Origin: Phoronis australis
Lineage: Eukaryota; Animalia; Phoronida
NCBI GenBank assembly: GCA_002633005.1
Contig: NMRA01000091.1
Span: forward strand, 479,267 to 543,266
DNA: 64,000 bases
Direction: 5' to 3'
The translations under genes were made by a program, and so were the position numbers. Position 1 is the first letter of the stretch, and the number at the start of each line of letters is the position of its first letter. Positions 51,101 to 61,246 of the stretch are shown here, one piece after another. The notes below the pieces were generated by a model. It was not told where the DNA came from. It was given only the letters and a program-made list of their open reading frames with translations, and did not search any database.

Positions 51101-54100
51101 TTGTTTGATATTCGCTGTGGCGACTTGGGATTTATCCCAGGTCATCAAACACAATTCGAAGTCTCATTGGCGATCTGCAAGTTGCCAAATCGAGCACTGT
51201 AATACATATTTGCAGTGTGAAATTCATGAGATGATGAGAACATCGGCTATTAACTCATGCTGTCTTTTTTGAGAACTTGTATTTGGTTGTGCTAAAACTG
51301 AGCATTCTGTATAATGTTTTATTGCAGCATTGGATGTTACCTAAGATGGAGCATGCCATAGCCTTCGATGTGAATTAAAATAGTTTTTGATTTACATTTC
51401 ATAAATCCCTGAGGTTTATTAAAGATACCATCTGTACACATTATATACGAGGAAAGGGTGAAATTGAATTTGTGACACACTAAACATCTTTCGTCCATTT
51501 TCAGGTTATAAGACCCTAGTTGGTGAGAGAGGTCTCAAGTTGAGTGGAGGAGAGAAACAAAGAGTGGCCATTGCTAGGACTATACTGAAAGCTCCAGCAT
51601 TTGTCCTGTTGGATGAGGTGAGTCTTGATGCAATAATGATATTGTGTTCAAGATTTAGTTTTATATAATAAATTATTTTTAACCTAACTAATGAAATTAA
51701 GTCATTTAAGTCCTCGGTCTTGTGAGTTGTCAACTCCGCGACCCAAATATTTTCAGTAGTTATTACATCTCTTGAGAGGGTCTAATGCTTCAGCAATCTA
51801 TTCGCGAGTGCCAGCCTTCGTGCAGTGTTCACCTACTACATTCAAATTCAAATCAAGATGTTGGCTCATAGTCTACTTGAAGTACGTAGTGGGCTAGGAT
51901 AGTTAATGTCTCTAAATTATGTAATTATTAACTGAAAAAACTTGGTTATGGGCCAATACAGATATTTCCTATTGCGAGTCTTGTATACTTCGCGGGGAGT
52001 TTAGATAAATGCATGAACGGATCCATAGCCTTGGAAGAAGTATTTTGTCAAAAAAAACACTAAAAAGACAGACATGAAAGTCATCATTGCCTTTGGCATA
52101 TCATTAATTGACCAACAATTTCTTGCTTCGACCTTTAAGTTTTTGCTAATGTTTGCATTAAGTTGTTACAATATGTCGGTAATCTGGTCAGTTTAACTAG
52201 TTGTCAAATATGAGAGTAAAATTTCAGATGTCCTATGTGGAGAGCAATGATTGAGAAATATATTTTATTTGTGGTATGATCAAGATATTGAAATGTGAAT
52301 GACATCACTTTGTAGGCCACGTCTGCCTTGGATACGAAAACTGAGCGCAACATCCAGGCAGCTTTAGCCAAAGTGTGCGAGAACAGAACGTCTATCATTG
52401 TGGCTCACAGACTATCAACTATCATTAACGCTGACCAGATACTGGTGATGAAGGAAGGGTCCATTGTGGAACGGGGAACGTGAGTTTAAATACTGTTCAA
52501 TCAGTTTTAGTGCTGCCAATATCAAGCATTGTCAGATGCTAACAATGGGGGATGACTCTGTTTGAGTTCTGGACAACAAACGTGTCTGGAGGGACTTCTT
52601 CATTATGAAGAAACCATACAAGTGAGGAGAAATGCTCCCATTTTCAACCAATATTAAGCTTTTAACCATTTGTTGTAACCAAAGTTTATTGCCTTGGGTA
52701 ATAGTCACTTACAGGGTCCCACATTTTGAGGTCCAGTGCTGGGTTGCATGAAACAGTCCCAAATAGGGACTTGACTAAGTTCCCTAAATCTTTTGTCTGT
52801 GTCTTTCTTTCACAGATGTAACCTTTTTCTATCATTTCATCTTTAGTATGAGTTCCTCTTGGACTCATGACATTTTGTAATAATATAACTAAAAACTAAG
52901 CCCTGAATTCAATGAAAATAAATAGTGATTCAAGTCCTTAAGGGGCGTTGCATGAAGAGATCCCTATTGATAATTTTGAGAATTCAACATCAAGTTCACT
53001 TTCGATTTGTATCAAAGCCAAAATTTAACATAGTAATGAAACTAAAAAAATGATAAAGGACAATAAGTGTTTTCACAAGCCCACAAATACACAGTAGATT
53101 TAGGGAACTTTGTTGAGTCCCTATTTGGGACTGTTTCATGCAAACGAGCACAGTGCTGTTCACTGAATTTCGTGCATCAAGCAGGTGCTCAAAATCCGGG
53201 ACTCCTGAAGGTGAGTATTGCCATTTGCTGTAGAGAACAAAACAGGTTCGTTGTAACGCATTTCAGCTGGGCCTTGCATATTTGGATTATGTGTTTCCGT
53301 GAGCCCATTATGGCGTTTTCCTGTTGCTCCCATCTTGTTTGAATCAACAGCCCAACAGCAAGTTGAGAAGTTTACCCCTGTAGCCAATATCTTACACGAC
53401 TGATTAACTCCATTCTGGCATTCATGGTTGGAGGGCCAGCTCTCTTTTGTTTGATAATTGCTCTAATCTTCAATAAAATCCTATCTTGCCTGACTGAGCT
53501 GTGCTTTTAAAAATAAAAGTTAAGCTATAACATATTTGAACATAAACCAATAGTCTTTCTGAAATCCTCGTCAAATGGTGATCATGTTTAGTTTTTGAAT
53601 CGCCAAAATCACCCAACTGCAACCGAAGTTACGATAATTTATTCTTTCCGAATGTACCAATTCACTCTGGGTTTGACGGTGTTCACATGTGGTCTGTAAT
53701 AAGGCTGGTACATAACTGGCCTGCCTGTTGTCATACCAGACAAAAGACTGTGCTTGGCAGTTAACAAAGAAGCTAGATGTTATCACACGCTCAGAACCCC
53801 CTACATCTGGTAAAGTCACTGAATGGAAAAACGCTGTCATGAAACCGCCTAATTTAATTCTTTTTAGCCTACTAACAAATTGCTCTTGTTATTCAATGAA
53901 CAATGTTAGTACAAGCTTAAATATTTGCTGCTCATGCTGTAACCAGATAGATAATTATCCACTGTTTCAGTTGTTAACTGTCTAAAATGTGCTGTGATTG
54001 GCTGGTGCCATGCCTAGGTGACTGACTAGGACCCAAGGTTTAATCTTTTCACTCAAAATTTATTTTGGCATTTTCTGTTATACTTTTGTGAGAACTCAAG

Positions 54101-55521
54101 ATAAGTGTAATGTTATTAATCTATACTTACCATCTAATCTTAGTTTGCACCAGGAATAAAATTTGAAGTCTAAGATTTTACTCGAAATTTTAAGTGTTTA
54201 ATGAAGTTTGTAGCTTGAATCTAGGGGTCATGAAATCCTAACTTGGACTAGAAACTTATATGAATAAACAGCCATGTTCTTGAGCACAAACTAATGGAAT
54301 TTGTACAAAAATAGAACAGAAATACCAGAAATAATTTTCAGTTTAATTTCGTCGAGAACAAAGATTATAACCCGGCCCTAAGTCCGACCTGCGAAGATCT
54401 TGGGCCTATTTTATGAACAGGGAGTTAAGACTTAAGATAGAAATGTTATCTTACTCTCCCACTTCTTAATTGGTGAATTAAGGGTTGGCCATATTGTTAT
54501 CAGTATGCCACAGTCTAGAAATAATTTTTAGATATTATCTCAGCACCTAGCTGTCGTAGACTTAATTCATGCATTCACCATTTTAAAAATGGGCCTGCAT
54601 TTGAGACATAAATATGACGAGGCTCGGGGTAAAAATCGCGTTCTGCACTGTGATTAAGCGTGGAACGCTTTGTTTTGAAAACCTAAAAGGAGACTTTTTA
54701 ATATGGCGACTGCGTGAATAAGGTGCATATTGTGTAGACTTTGGACTGTCGCATAAGTGTGATTTACACAATTTTCAGGAATAGTTGTGTGGAATGCAGG
54801 ATCAAATAGCTGATTTTCGAAATAGCTGCGCCATATTGAAATTCACTATCCCGCCAGATGGTAATCATGTCTTAGGTGGACAAGTGCTCAGCGCCACCTA
54901 CAGATTCCATGTAATGCGGACGGGATGTTTCAACCCACTGATATAAACAGCATTTTAACATCTTTCCTGCTATCATATTGCCGCTGTCAAGTTTTCACTG
55001 ATATGCAGTGGGGTGCACTATTGGCTAACAGAAAAAGGCAAACCTCTTAAAAGGGCCATGAATGAAGGACATCATACATTTCCCACTGCCAAGAAGAATC
55101 CACGACTGCATAGTCAGTGGCTGCGACTGACACAGCGGGTGAATTTTGATGTCAGCCGATGTCAAAAAGTTAAAATAAATAGTGAACTTAACCTAATCAA
55201 ACAATGGGTGAGGATGATGGTGGGGCTTATTCCTCTGTTTTTAAATTAATGAACGACTATGCAGTACTGAGGGTGGGATCAAGTGAAAGTCACTTTCTTG
55301 ATCTCATTACTGTAGAGAGTGCCTGTGTGGAAAGTCCGCTATTTCATGTGTGCCTTTCTTTTCTACCTTCCAGTCATGAGGAGCTACTACAGAGTGAAGG
55401 GGAGTACTTCAGCATGTGGCAGCAACAGATGTTGAAACTTGAAGAGGATGACAGTGCCTCGGGGGGCTCAGGAGGTGGAGAGAAGAGCCTGGAGATAGAC
55501 CAGGAAGGAGGGAGTGACTGA
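30179..55521 (+). CDS. ABCB6: ATP-binding cassette sub-family B member 6 (HMT-1-type half transporter with TMD0), 18 coding exons, 865 aa
   Basis: Phase-consistent exons: 30179-30672, 31171-31327, 32124-32316, 32925-33053, 33925-34027, 35372-35461, 36959-37080, 37754-37863, 38613-38779, 39143-39262, 42622-42685, 43213-43298, 44237-44399, 45450-45523, 47626-47726 (or duplicate 50684-50784), 48801-48913 (or duplicate 51505-51617), 52316-52479, 55374-55521; 2598 nt in total. Motifs: TMD0 GLTHCFMDT...[19 protein letters not shown]; [13 protein letters not shown]; [14 protein letters not shown]; [12 protein letters not shown]; Walker A GHTGSGKS; Q-loop VPQD; signature LSGGEKQR; Walker B LLDEATSALD; H-loop AHRLST. 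Confidence 0.96.
34252..34520. mobile_element. Short MITE (GG.TCTGTTTCATGAAA terminal inverted repeat family)
   Basis: Left end GGGGTCTGTTTCATGAAAACTGACTTAAG, right end TAACTTTCACGAGACAGACC. Relatives at ~19850, 34968-35250 and ~54404. Confidence 0.55.
34968..35250. mobile_element. Short MITE, same family as 34252
   Basis: Left end GGGCTATGTTTCATGAAAAGTGACATAAG, right end TAAGTCAATTTTCATGACACAGATCCC (inverted). Confidence 0.6.
39690..40900. repeat. 30-bp minisatellite (~40 copies) with higher-order structure, in an ABCB6 intron
   Basis: Unit TCATGTGTAATGCATGGYTRTATCTT(CAAG/GACG). It explains the periodic ORFs [10 protein letters not shown] and [10 protein letters not shown]. Confidence 0.97.
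41318..41382. repeat. (CA)n microsatellite
   Basis: Read directly from the sequence. Confidence 0.95.
41594..42078. mobile_element. MITE, TTAA-flanked family (Kolobok-like), best-preserved copy
   Basis: Terminal inverted repeats TTAGGTTATGTAGGACC ... GGCCCTACATAACTTTAA. TTAA-like flanks with purine-purine termini are characteristic of Kolobok elements (inference). Confidence 0.65.
42100..42255. repeat. 39-bp tandem repeat, ~4 copies
   Basis: Unit approximately GTGTGGGGTGTGTACTGTATACGATACAGGAGAATTCCT. Confidence 0.85.
45501..45790 (+). repeat. 34-bp tandem repeat spanning the ABCB6 exon 14 splice donor
   Basis: Unit GTGCTCTKYAACAATGATATCAG|GTTTGTAAATG. Five intact copies (45501-45670) are followed by degenerate copies. 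Confidence 0.95.
47094..47595. mobile_element. MITE, TTAA-flanked family copy (duplicated at ~50180-50652)
   Basis: TTATGGTTATGTAAGAC ... CCTAAATAACCTTGA, with internal sequence shared with the 41594 copy. Confidence 0.6.
49170..49621. other. Assembly gap (N run)
   Basis: Run of N. Confidence 1.
52743..53143. mobile_element. MITE with ~48-bp inverted repeats
   Basis: TTGCATGAAACAGTCCCAAATAGGGACTTGACTAAGTTCCCTAAATCT pairs with AGATTTAGGGAACTTTGTTGAGTCCCTATTTGGGACTGTTTCATGCAA. Confidence 0.75.
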
Positions 55522-55810
55522 CACTAGTGGTATATGGCATGGAGGAGAGTCTCTTAGGGAGAGTGGGCTCAGGAGGTGAAGAGAAGAGCCTGGAGATGAA
55601 TGGGGAAGGAGAGAGTGACTGACACCAGTGGTATGTGGCATGGAGGAGAGTCTCTTAGGGAGAGTGGGCTCTGGAGGTGAAGACAAGAGCCTGGAGATGG
55701 ATGGGGAAGGAGAGAGTGACTGACACTAGTGGTATATGGCTGAGTAAGAAAATATCTCAGTGAGGGGGAGGCTCATGTGTTGAGAAGGTCAGAACCCGAG
55801 GCTGGAGATG
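55464..55810 (+). repeat. 101-bp tandem repeat (about 3 copies plus a remnant) overlapping the ABCB6 stop codon
   Basis: Copies start at 55464, 55565 and 55666 (GGGCTCWGGAGGTG...AAGAGCCTGGAGAT...GAGTGACTGACAC). Confidence 0.92.
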
Positions 55811-56124
55811 GAAAGAGAGATGTGATGATCAACCCTGGGGAAGAGATGGATGCATGTATCTTAAGGGGTTTAGTTACTGGAGTGAAGAGCTATAAAATGT
55901 TTTCAGATAAGTTTGAAATTCGCCAGGCTTCGTTTTTTTAACTCAATGAGTTGACCAGGCCTGTGAGTCGTGTTTGTAGGTGATTAACTGTGTTCACGAG
56001 TGGGATATCCATGTTTCTACTCCTTGAACTTAAATTTTGACAATGAAGTACTCTGTGGAAAAGCTAGTCAGATAGACTGTGGGTTAATTAAACCATCTGT
56101 GACATTGAGAAAGGGTTAGGTGTG

Positions 56125-56996
56125 TGCGAGGTGATACTCAAGATTTCCTTTAATTTGAATATAAATCAATACACCTATACAATGATCCCAGTGTTATACG
56201 AATCTATGCGTTTGTGATACTCTGCATGTGACCATTCTTCGCAAGGTAAGTGATTATCTTTGAATCTCCTGTATCGACTCAAAACGGTGCCTTTTCAATT
56301 AGTTTATTAATGGGAATAGTGTTCCAAAAACTCCTCGACAACCTGCGATTTTTGAGCAGGCGTGTTGTCATGGTAAATGACTCGGTCATTGTTTTCCCAC
56401 TGTTTGGTCATTTTTCGCCAAATGCTCTCCCTAAGTCAGGTCAGAAGTTTGCATCACATCTCTCCATTAACAGTTTGTCTCTGAGGATCAAATCCCTCAT
56501 GAACAATGTCCTGCACCTCGAAAATAAAATCAACATGAAGTTCATGTTGCTTCGATTCATCACCAGTAATAATGTTTAAAACAATATTCGATTCAGCTCT
56601 GATTTGTTGGCTGAGATCCATCGCAGTGGCACATCATCCTTGAGAAATCAGGCAATAAATTTGGCAAAAACACGCCTCTTGTTCAGTTCCTCGGAGCAAA
56701 TGTGCTGAACATTCCCATAAGATATTACTAAAATGTTGCAAACGTCGTGAATGGTTCTTTGTCGATGTTCTAGAACAGCCGTGTGCACTTCTTAACATTC
56801 TTTGTAGTTTTGGTTGCCAATCTCTCCCACAGCGTTTGTCATTTTCGACTCTCCTTGAAACAGTGATACCACACAAACGCCATCTTTTGGGACATGGTAT
56901 GATTCTCAAGGATTGCATGAGTTGTACAATACTGCCAGACCGTGAATTGCAGCTCACTAATATTCAAATTAGGGAAACTATATGCATCTCCTCGTA
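56125..56996 (-). mobile_element. Decayed, internally deleted Tc1/mariner (mariner-like) transposon
   Basis: Imperfect ~30-bp terminal inverted repeats (TGCGAGGTGATACTCAAGATTTCCTTTAATTT versus the reverse complement of AAATTAGGGAAACTATATGCATCTCCTCGTA). Minus-strand fragments ENHTMSQKMAFVWYHCFKESR (HTH region) and YHDNTPA (mariner HDNAP motif). Confidence 0.75.
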
Positions 56997-58127
56997 CACA
57001 TTTAAGGACTGCACGTTTTTATGAATTTTAATGAATTTAAACATGTTCTTTTAATGTCATTATTGTTTTTGTTAGCCAGGTACCAAATGCACTTGTCGAG
57101 TTTGTATTTAAATTTCTTTCTTAAGTTTCATTCTTATTTCCTATTCCCTGCCTGTTTCAGTCTGTTGTTCTCCCCATTCTTATATTTACGCTGTTTGATT
57201 TCTGGAGGCTCCACTTCTCCAGAGTTCAGTAGGTTCAATAAGTTTTAACTGGCTTTTACAAAAAGTTGTAGAACCTTAAGTATATCATTTATTATTTAGT
57301 GGAAATGATCATTTTCTCTATAATGAGAATGCTCTATTTGTTTACAGGTGTTGCGTTATCCTCATGGTATTGAGAATTTTGTAGAATTGAGAATCTCTAG
57401 TGTGGTGAAATTATAAAGCAGTAAGTTTGACACCCTATGTCATAAAGCCTGTAGATAATTCTTGCACCTGAAAAATTCATTTAGTTAACGAGTATCTATG
57501 ATCACATGTTGCTGTATCATATTGTGAAGAGTTTACATCGTATTTTATCATAGTATCAGCTGTTCTTATTTTTTACTGTCATTAAAACTCTCTTCCTTGA
57601 GTAAACTAACTTACTTATCAATGTCGACCTTGGAAATAAAATTTTGATGCGTTCTCTTGAGTTGGCTTTTTGCGATTACATCACCTGACCATGGCCAGTT
57701 TCTTTTCCCCTGATTCTGTTATCAACTGTTCTTTGCTGCAGGCACAAGGTTGCTTACATGTCACAACATATTTTCGGAACTTGTTTCATTTGGTTTCAAG
57801 TTTGTAGTATTTTAATACCAGCAAACCGAATTTTAGAACAAACCTTGCTGCTGCAAAGCTGTTATTGTCTCCCAAAAGATGCTGCAAAATTTTAGGAAAT
57901 GGCGCATGCGCTGTGTCACAAACGTGCTGTTTTTGAAACGGATGACACTTTTCTTTGTTAATAAAGGCGGCGAATTATGCTACAAAATGACGTTTATTTT
58001 ATTATTTTCCACTTAAACGGCTGCAACGAACGATGTGAGTATCGGTTGACTACCAGATTTTGCATGCACCCCGCTGGTCCGTTAGCTCTATCGCATGTGT
58101 CGATGTAAGTTTTATGACGAGGTGACG

Positions 58128-59110
58128 CAGTGGCGGATCTAGGATATCTCAAGGGGGGCCCAACATTTTGTCGGTAAACATTTGATCAAAGCACGATTGT
58201 AGATGCGCATAGCACCGAATGGGGGGAGGTCAGAAATTTTTCTGTTTTTACCTCTAAAAATTAAAAATCAAGCATTTTCCTCGATTCCCGAAGTATTATT
58301 CAAGAAAAAAGGCAAAAATAAAAAAACGGAAAATATCGAAAAGGAAAAGAAGCAAGTACCACAGACTCGAACTCACGACATGGCGTGTAGAGCGTGCGTG
58401 CTTTACCACTGCACCACCACGATGTAACTTTTATACTAAGAGACCTAGGCCTACTTGTTTATGGTTCACAGCGTTTGCGCGCGAAACCTTCTTTTTGTTA
58501 TGCTTATTACATGTTTTATATTTTGTGCAATCAGTTCGTAACAAATTTGTTGTATTTAAATAGTCTTCAATTGCCCAAAAGACCAAATCGTTTTTGTGTT
58601 GGCAATAATGACGCGATTGCTTTGGAAATCGTCTTAAGTAAGGTTTGACAAAGAGAATTATGACTTTCTGAGTGATTCAGTAAGAGTTCGATTAAAATTG
58701 ACATCTTACCAACAGCTTTTGTTTTTTCATCTTCACTCAGATTCCATTTTCTTTTAAAAATGAAGTAGTTTTCTTCATTGCACAGTGGAGCAGACGACGG
58801 AAACGGAGTCGTAGTGCCCAGCGCCACTGCCGGTCGCCTGAGATATCGCGGGAGAGCCCAAACTAAGGCACTAGTTCCGTTACTATTGCGCCGTGTTCCG
58901 AATTTGACACTTGAAATTGGATCTGAGCCCCCCCCCACACACACACTCACAAACTAAAATTGCACACATTTAAATCTTGTTTCAGCCGTATGATTTTAAT
59001 TACCGGGGTTAATTAATAAATTCAACATTTCCCTGCGCTCTTGCTGTTTTATTTTTTTTGCGGCAGCCAGGGGGGGGGCAGGCCCGCTGGACCCCCTAAA
59101 TCCGCCTATG
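58128..59110. mobile_element. Non-autonomous DNA transposon with CAGTGGCGGATCTAGG / CCTAAATCCGCCTATG termini and an internal tRNA-like segment
   Basis: Inverted termini. Related ends at 60314-60530 (CAGAGGCAGATCTA...TAGATCTGCCACTG) and 60607 (CATAGGCGGATTTAGGGGG). Minus-strand tRNA-like stretch at 58358-58420. Confidence 0.6.
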
Positions 59111-59551
59111 CCAACAGACAACAAACTATTTCCACTTCCTCCATCAGTCATGCCAGTTTGTTTACATAAAGCGCCAGCTGTTGAGAATTCGATCAGTCAA
59201 TCAGAAGCGTCAGTGTAAAAAAAAATCCCGAAGAAAATTAAATGATACCTGCGTGTTGTCTACCCCCCAAAGGACACGAACGTAACCAGCGAGGCATGCC
59301 AGCCACAATTTACTAAATTGTTACTTATCACAAAAAAGTTATGTACATGATGTACATAACTTGTTTGTGATAAGCAACAATAGGTCCTTAACGAGGGGGA
59401 GTTCGGGGGGGATTCGATCGAAACCCCCCGCGGAAAAGGTCCAGCCCCACACAGATGACAGGGTCGTGCAGACGATTAGAGGAGGCTTTACGTCATTCAT
59501 TGGCACTGAACTTGAAAGTTTGCTACCCCAGTGACTATCGTCGATATTGTC

Positions 59552-59981
59552 GTTGGCCAAATGGGTGAACGTTACGCTGTTAAATTACGTGCGTACCATA
59601 TTCTTGTCAGAGGCGTAAAGTAATTATTTGCGGAGTAAAGTAATTATTATGTCATTGCATAAAGTAATAATTATTTGCAGCACCAAATGTTACTTTACAC
59701 CGCAAATAATTACTTTACCACACAAAAACTTATTATAGGCTTTACATAATTACTTTACGACGCAAACAATTACTTTTTGCCACAAATAATTACTTTACCC
59801 CATAAAAGGTTACTTTACGTCGCAAATAATTACTTGACGCCGCAAATAATAACTTAACGCCATAAATAATTACTTTTCGCCGCTATTAATTTTTTACGCC
59901 ACAAATAATTACTTAGCGCTTCTAACAAGAATATTCTTAAGCGTGTAATGTAACGACGTAACGCTCACCGATTTGGCCAAC
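59552..59981. mobile_element. Foldback-type element with long inverted arms built of ~21-bp subrepeats
   Basis: Left arm GTTGGCCAAATGGGTGAACGTTACG...ATATTCTTGTCAGAGGCGTAAAGTAATTATTTGCG pairs with right arm ...CAAATAATTACTTAGCGCTTCTAACAAGAATAT...CGTAACGCTCACCGATTTGGCCAAC. Confidence 0.8.
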
Positions 59982-60640
59982 AATACACCACAGGGTAACA
60001 AAGGAGTTTAGAAGTAATTGTCTATACCTAGCTATATATCAGCTAAAGAGCTCCCAAAAAGTAGTGTGGCGTGAATGTCTTAAAGTTGACCAAGAATCAA
60101 AACCATGAAGCGGAAAATTTTAATTCTCTGCTATTTTGGTATACTTGCTAGCATAGTAGGGTAAGGTGCAGGCATTTTAAATTTTGAATTGAAGGTGATC
60201 GTCAAATGATTGTAGATCAATCATCCCGCAGTGTCCACTTTGATTGTGGATTGGTAGATTGACATGCATGCACGTGTACACGTGTGTGCGTTTCCATTCT
60301 TTTAAATCCAGCACAGAGGCAGATCTACCGGGTGTGGTTTCAGGGAGTTTAAGCCCACCCTCCGGGTAAAATAGAAAAAACGTCGCCAGGAAACGAAATC
60401 AGCTATAAACTCGAAAAAATCGTACACGGGGAGACCCCTCCCGACCTCTACCCCCCCCCGCTCGCCGCTACGCGCCTCGGATTCGCGCGAATCCTAAGCC
60501 CCCCTTACTGAAAACTTAGATCTGCCACTGCAGTACAGGCGCCGACGGCAAGTTCACTATTGGCAGTCCTCCGTCGTTGCTCAAACAAAAAACAGACTTT
60601 TATAACCATAGGCGGATTTAGGGGGGGCCCGCCCCCCCCC

Positions 60641-61246
60641 NNNNNNNNNNNNNNNNNNNNNNNNNNNNNNNNNNNNNNNNNNNNNNNNNNNNNNNNNNNN
60701 NNNNNNNNNNNNNNNNNNNNNNNNNNNNNNNNNNNNNNNNNNNNNNNNNNNNNNNNNNNNNNNNNNNNNNNNNNNNNNNNNNNNNNNNNNNNNNNNNNNN
60801 NNNNNNNNNNNNNNNNNNNNNNNNNNNNNNNNNNNNNNNNNNNNNNNNNNNNNNNNNNNNNNNNNNNNNNNNNNNNNNNNNNNNNNNNNNNNNNNNNNNN
60901 NNNNNNNNNNNNNNNNNNNNNNNNNNNNNNNNNNNNNNNNNNNNNNNNNNNNNNNNNNNNNNNNNNNNNNNNNNNNNNNNNNNNNNNNNNNNNNNNNNNN
61001 NNNNNNNNNNNNNNNNNNNNNNNNNNNNNNNNNNNNNNNNNNNNNNNNNNNNNNNNNNNNNNNNNNNNNNNNNNNNNNNNNNNNNNNNNNNNNNNNNNNN
61101 NNNNNNNNNNNNNNNNNNNNNNNNNNNNNNNNNNNNNNNNNNNNNNNNNNNNNNNNNNNNNNNNNNNNNNNNNNNNNNNNNNNNNNNNNNNNNNNNNNNN
61201 NNNNNNNNNNNNNNNNNNNNNNNNNNNNNNNNNNNNNNNNNNNNNN
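60641..61246. other. Assembly gap (N run) between poly-C and poly-G tracts
   Basis: Run of N inside a GC-homopolymer-rich transposon end. Confidence 1.

Larger units (their letters stand above)
46536..51873 (+). other. Near-identical direct duplication (46536-49169 vs 49622-51873) either side of an assembly gap, containing ABCB6 exons 15-16 twice
   Basis: Copy 2 begins at the first base after the gap (TACAAGGCAGATGAG), and copy 1 ends at the last base before it (GGCTCATAGTC). The copies differ by scattered SNPs and a ~354-bp indel. Confidence 0.92.
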
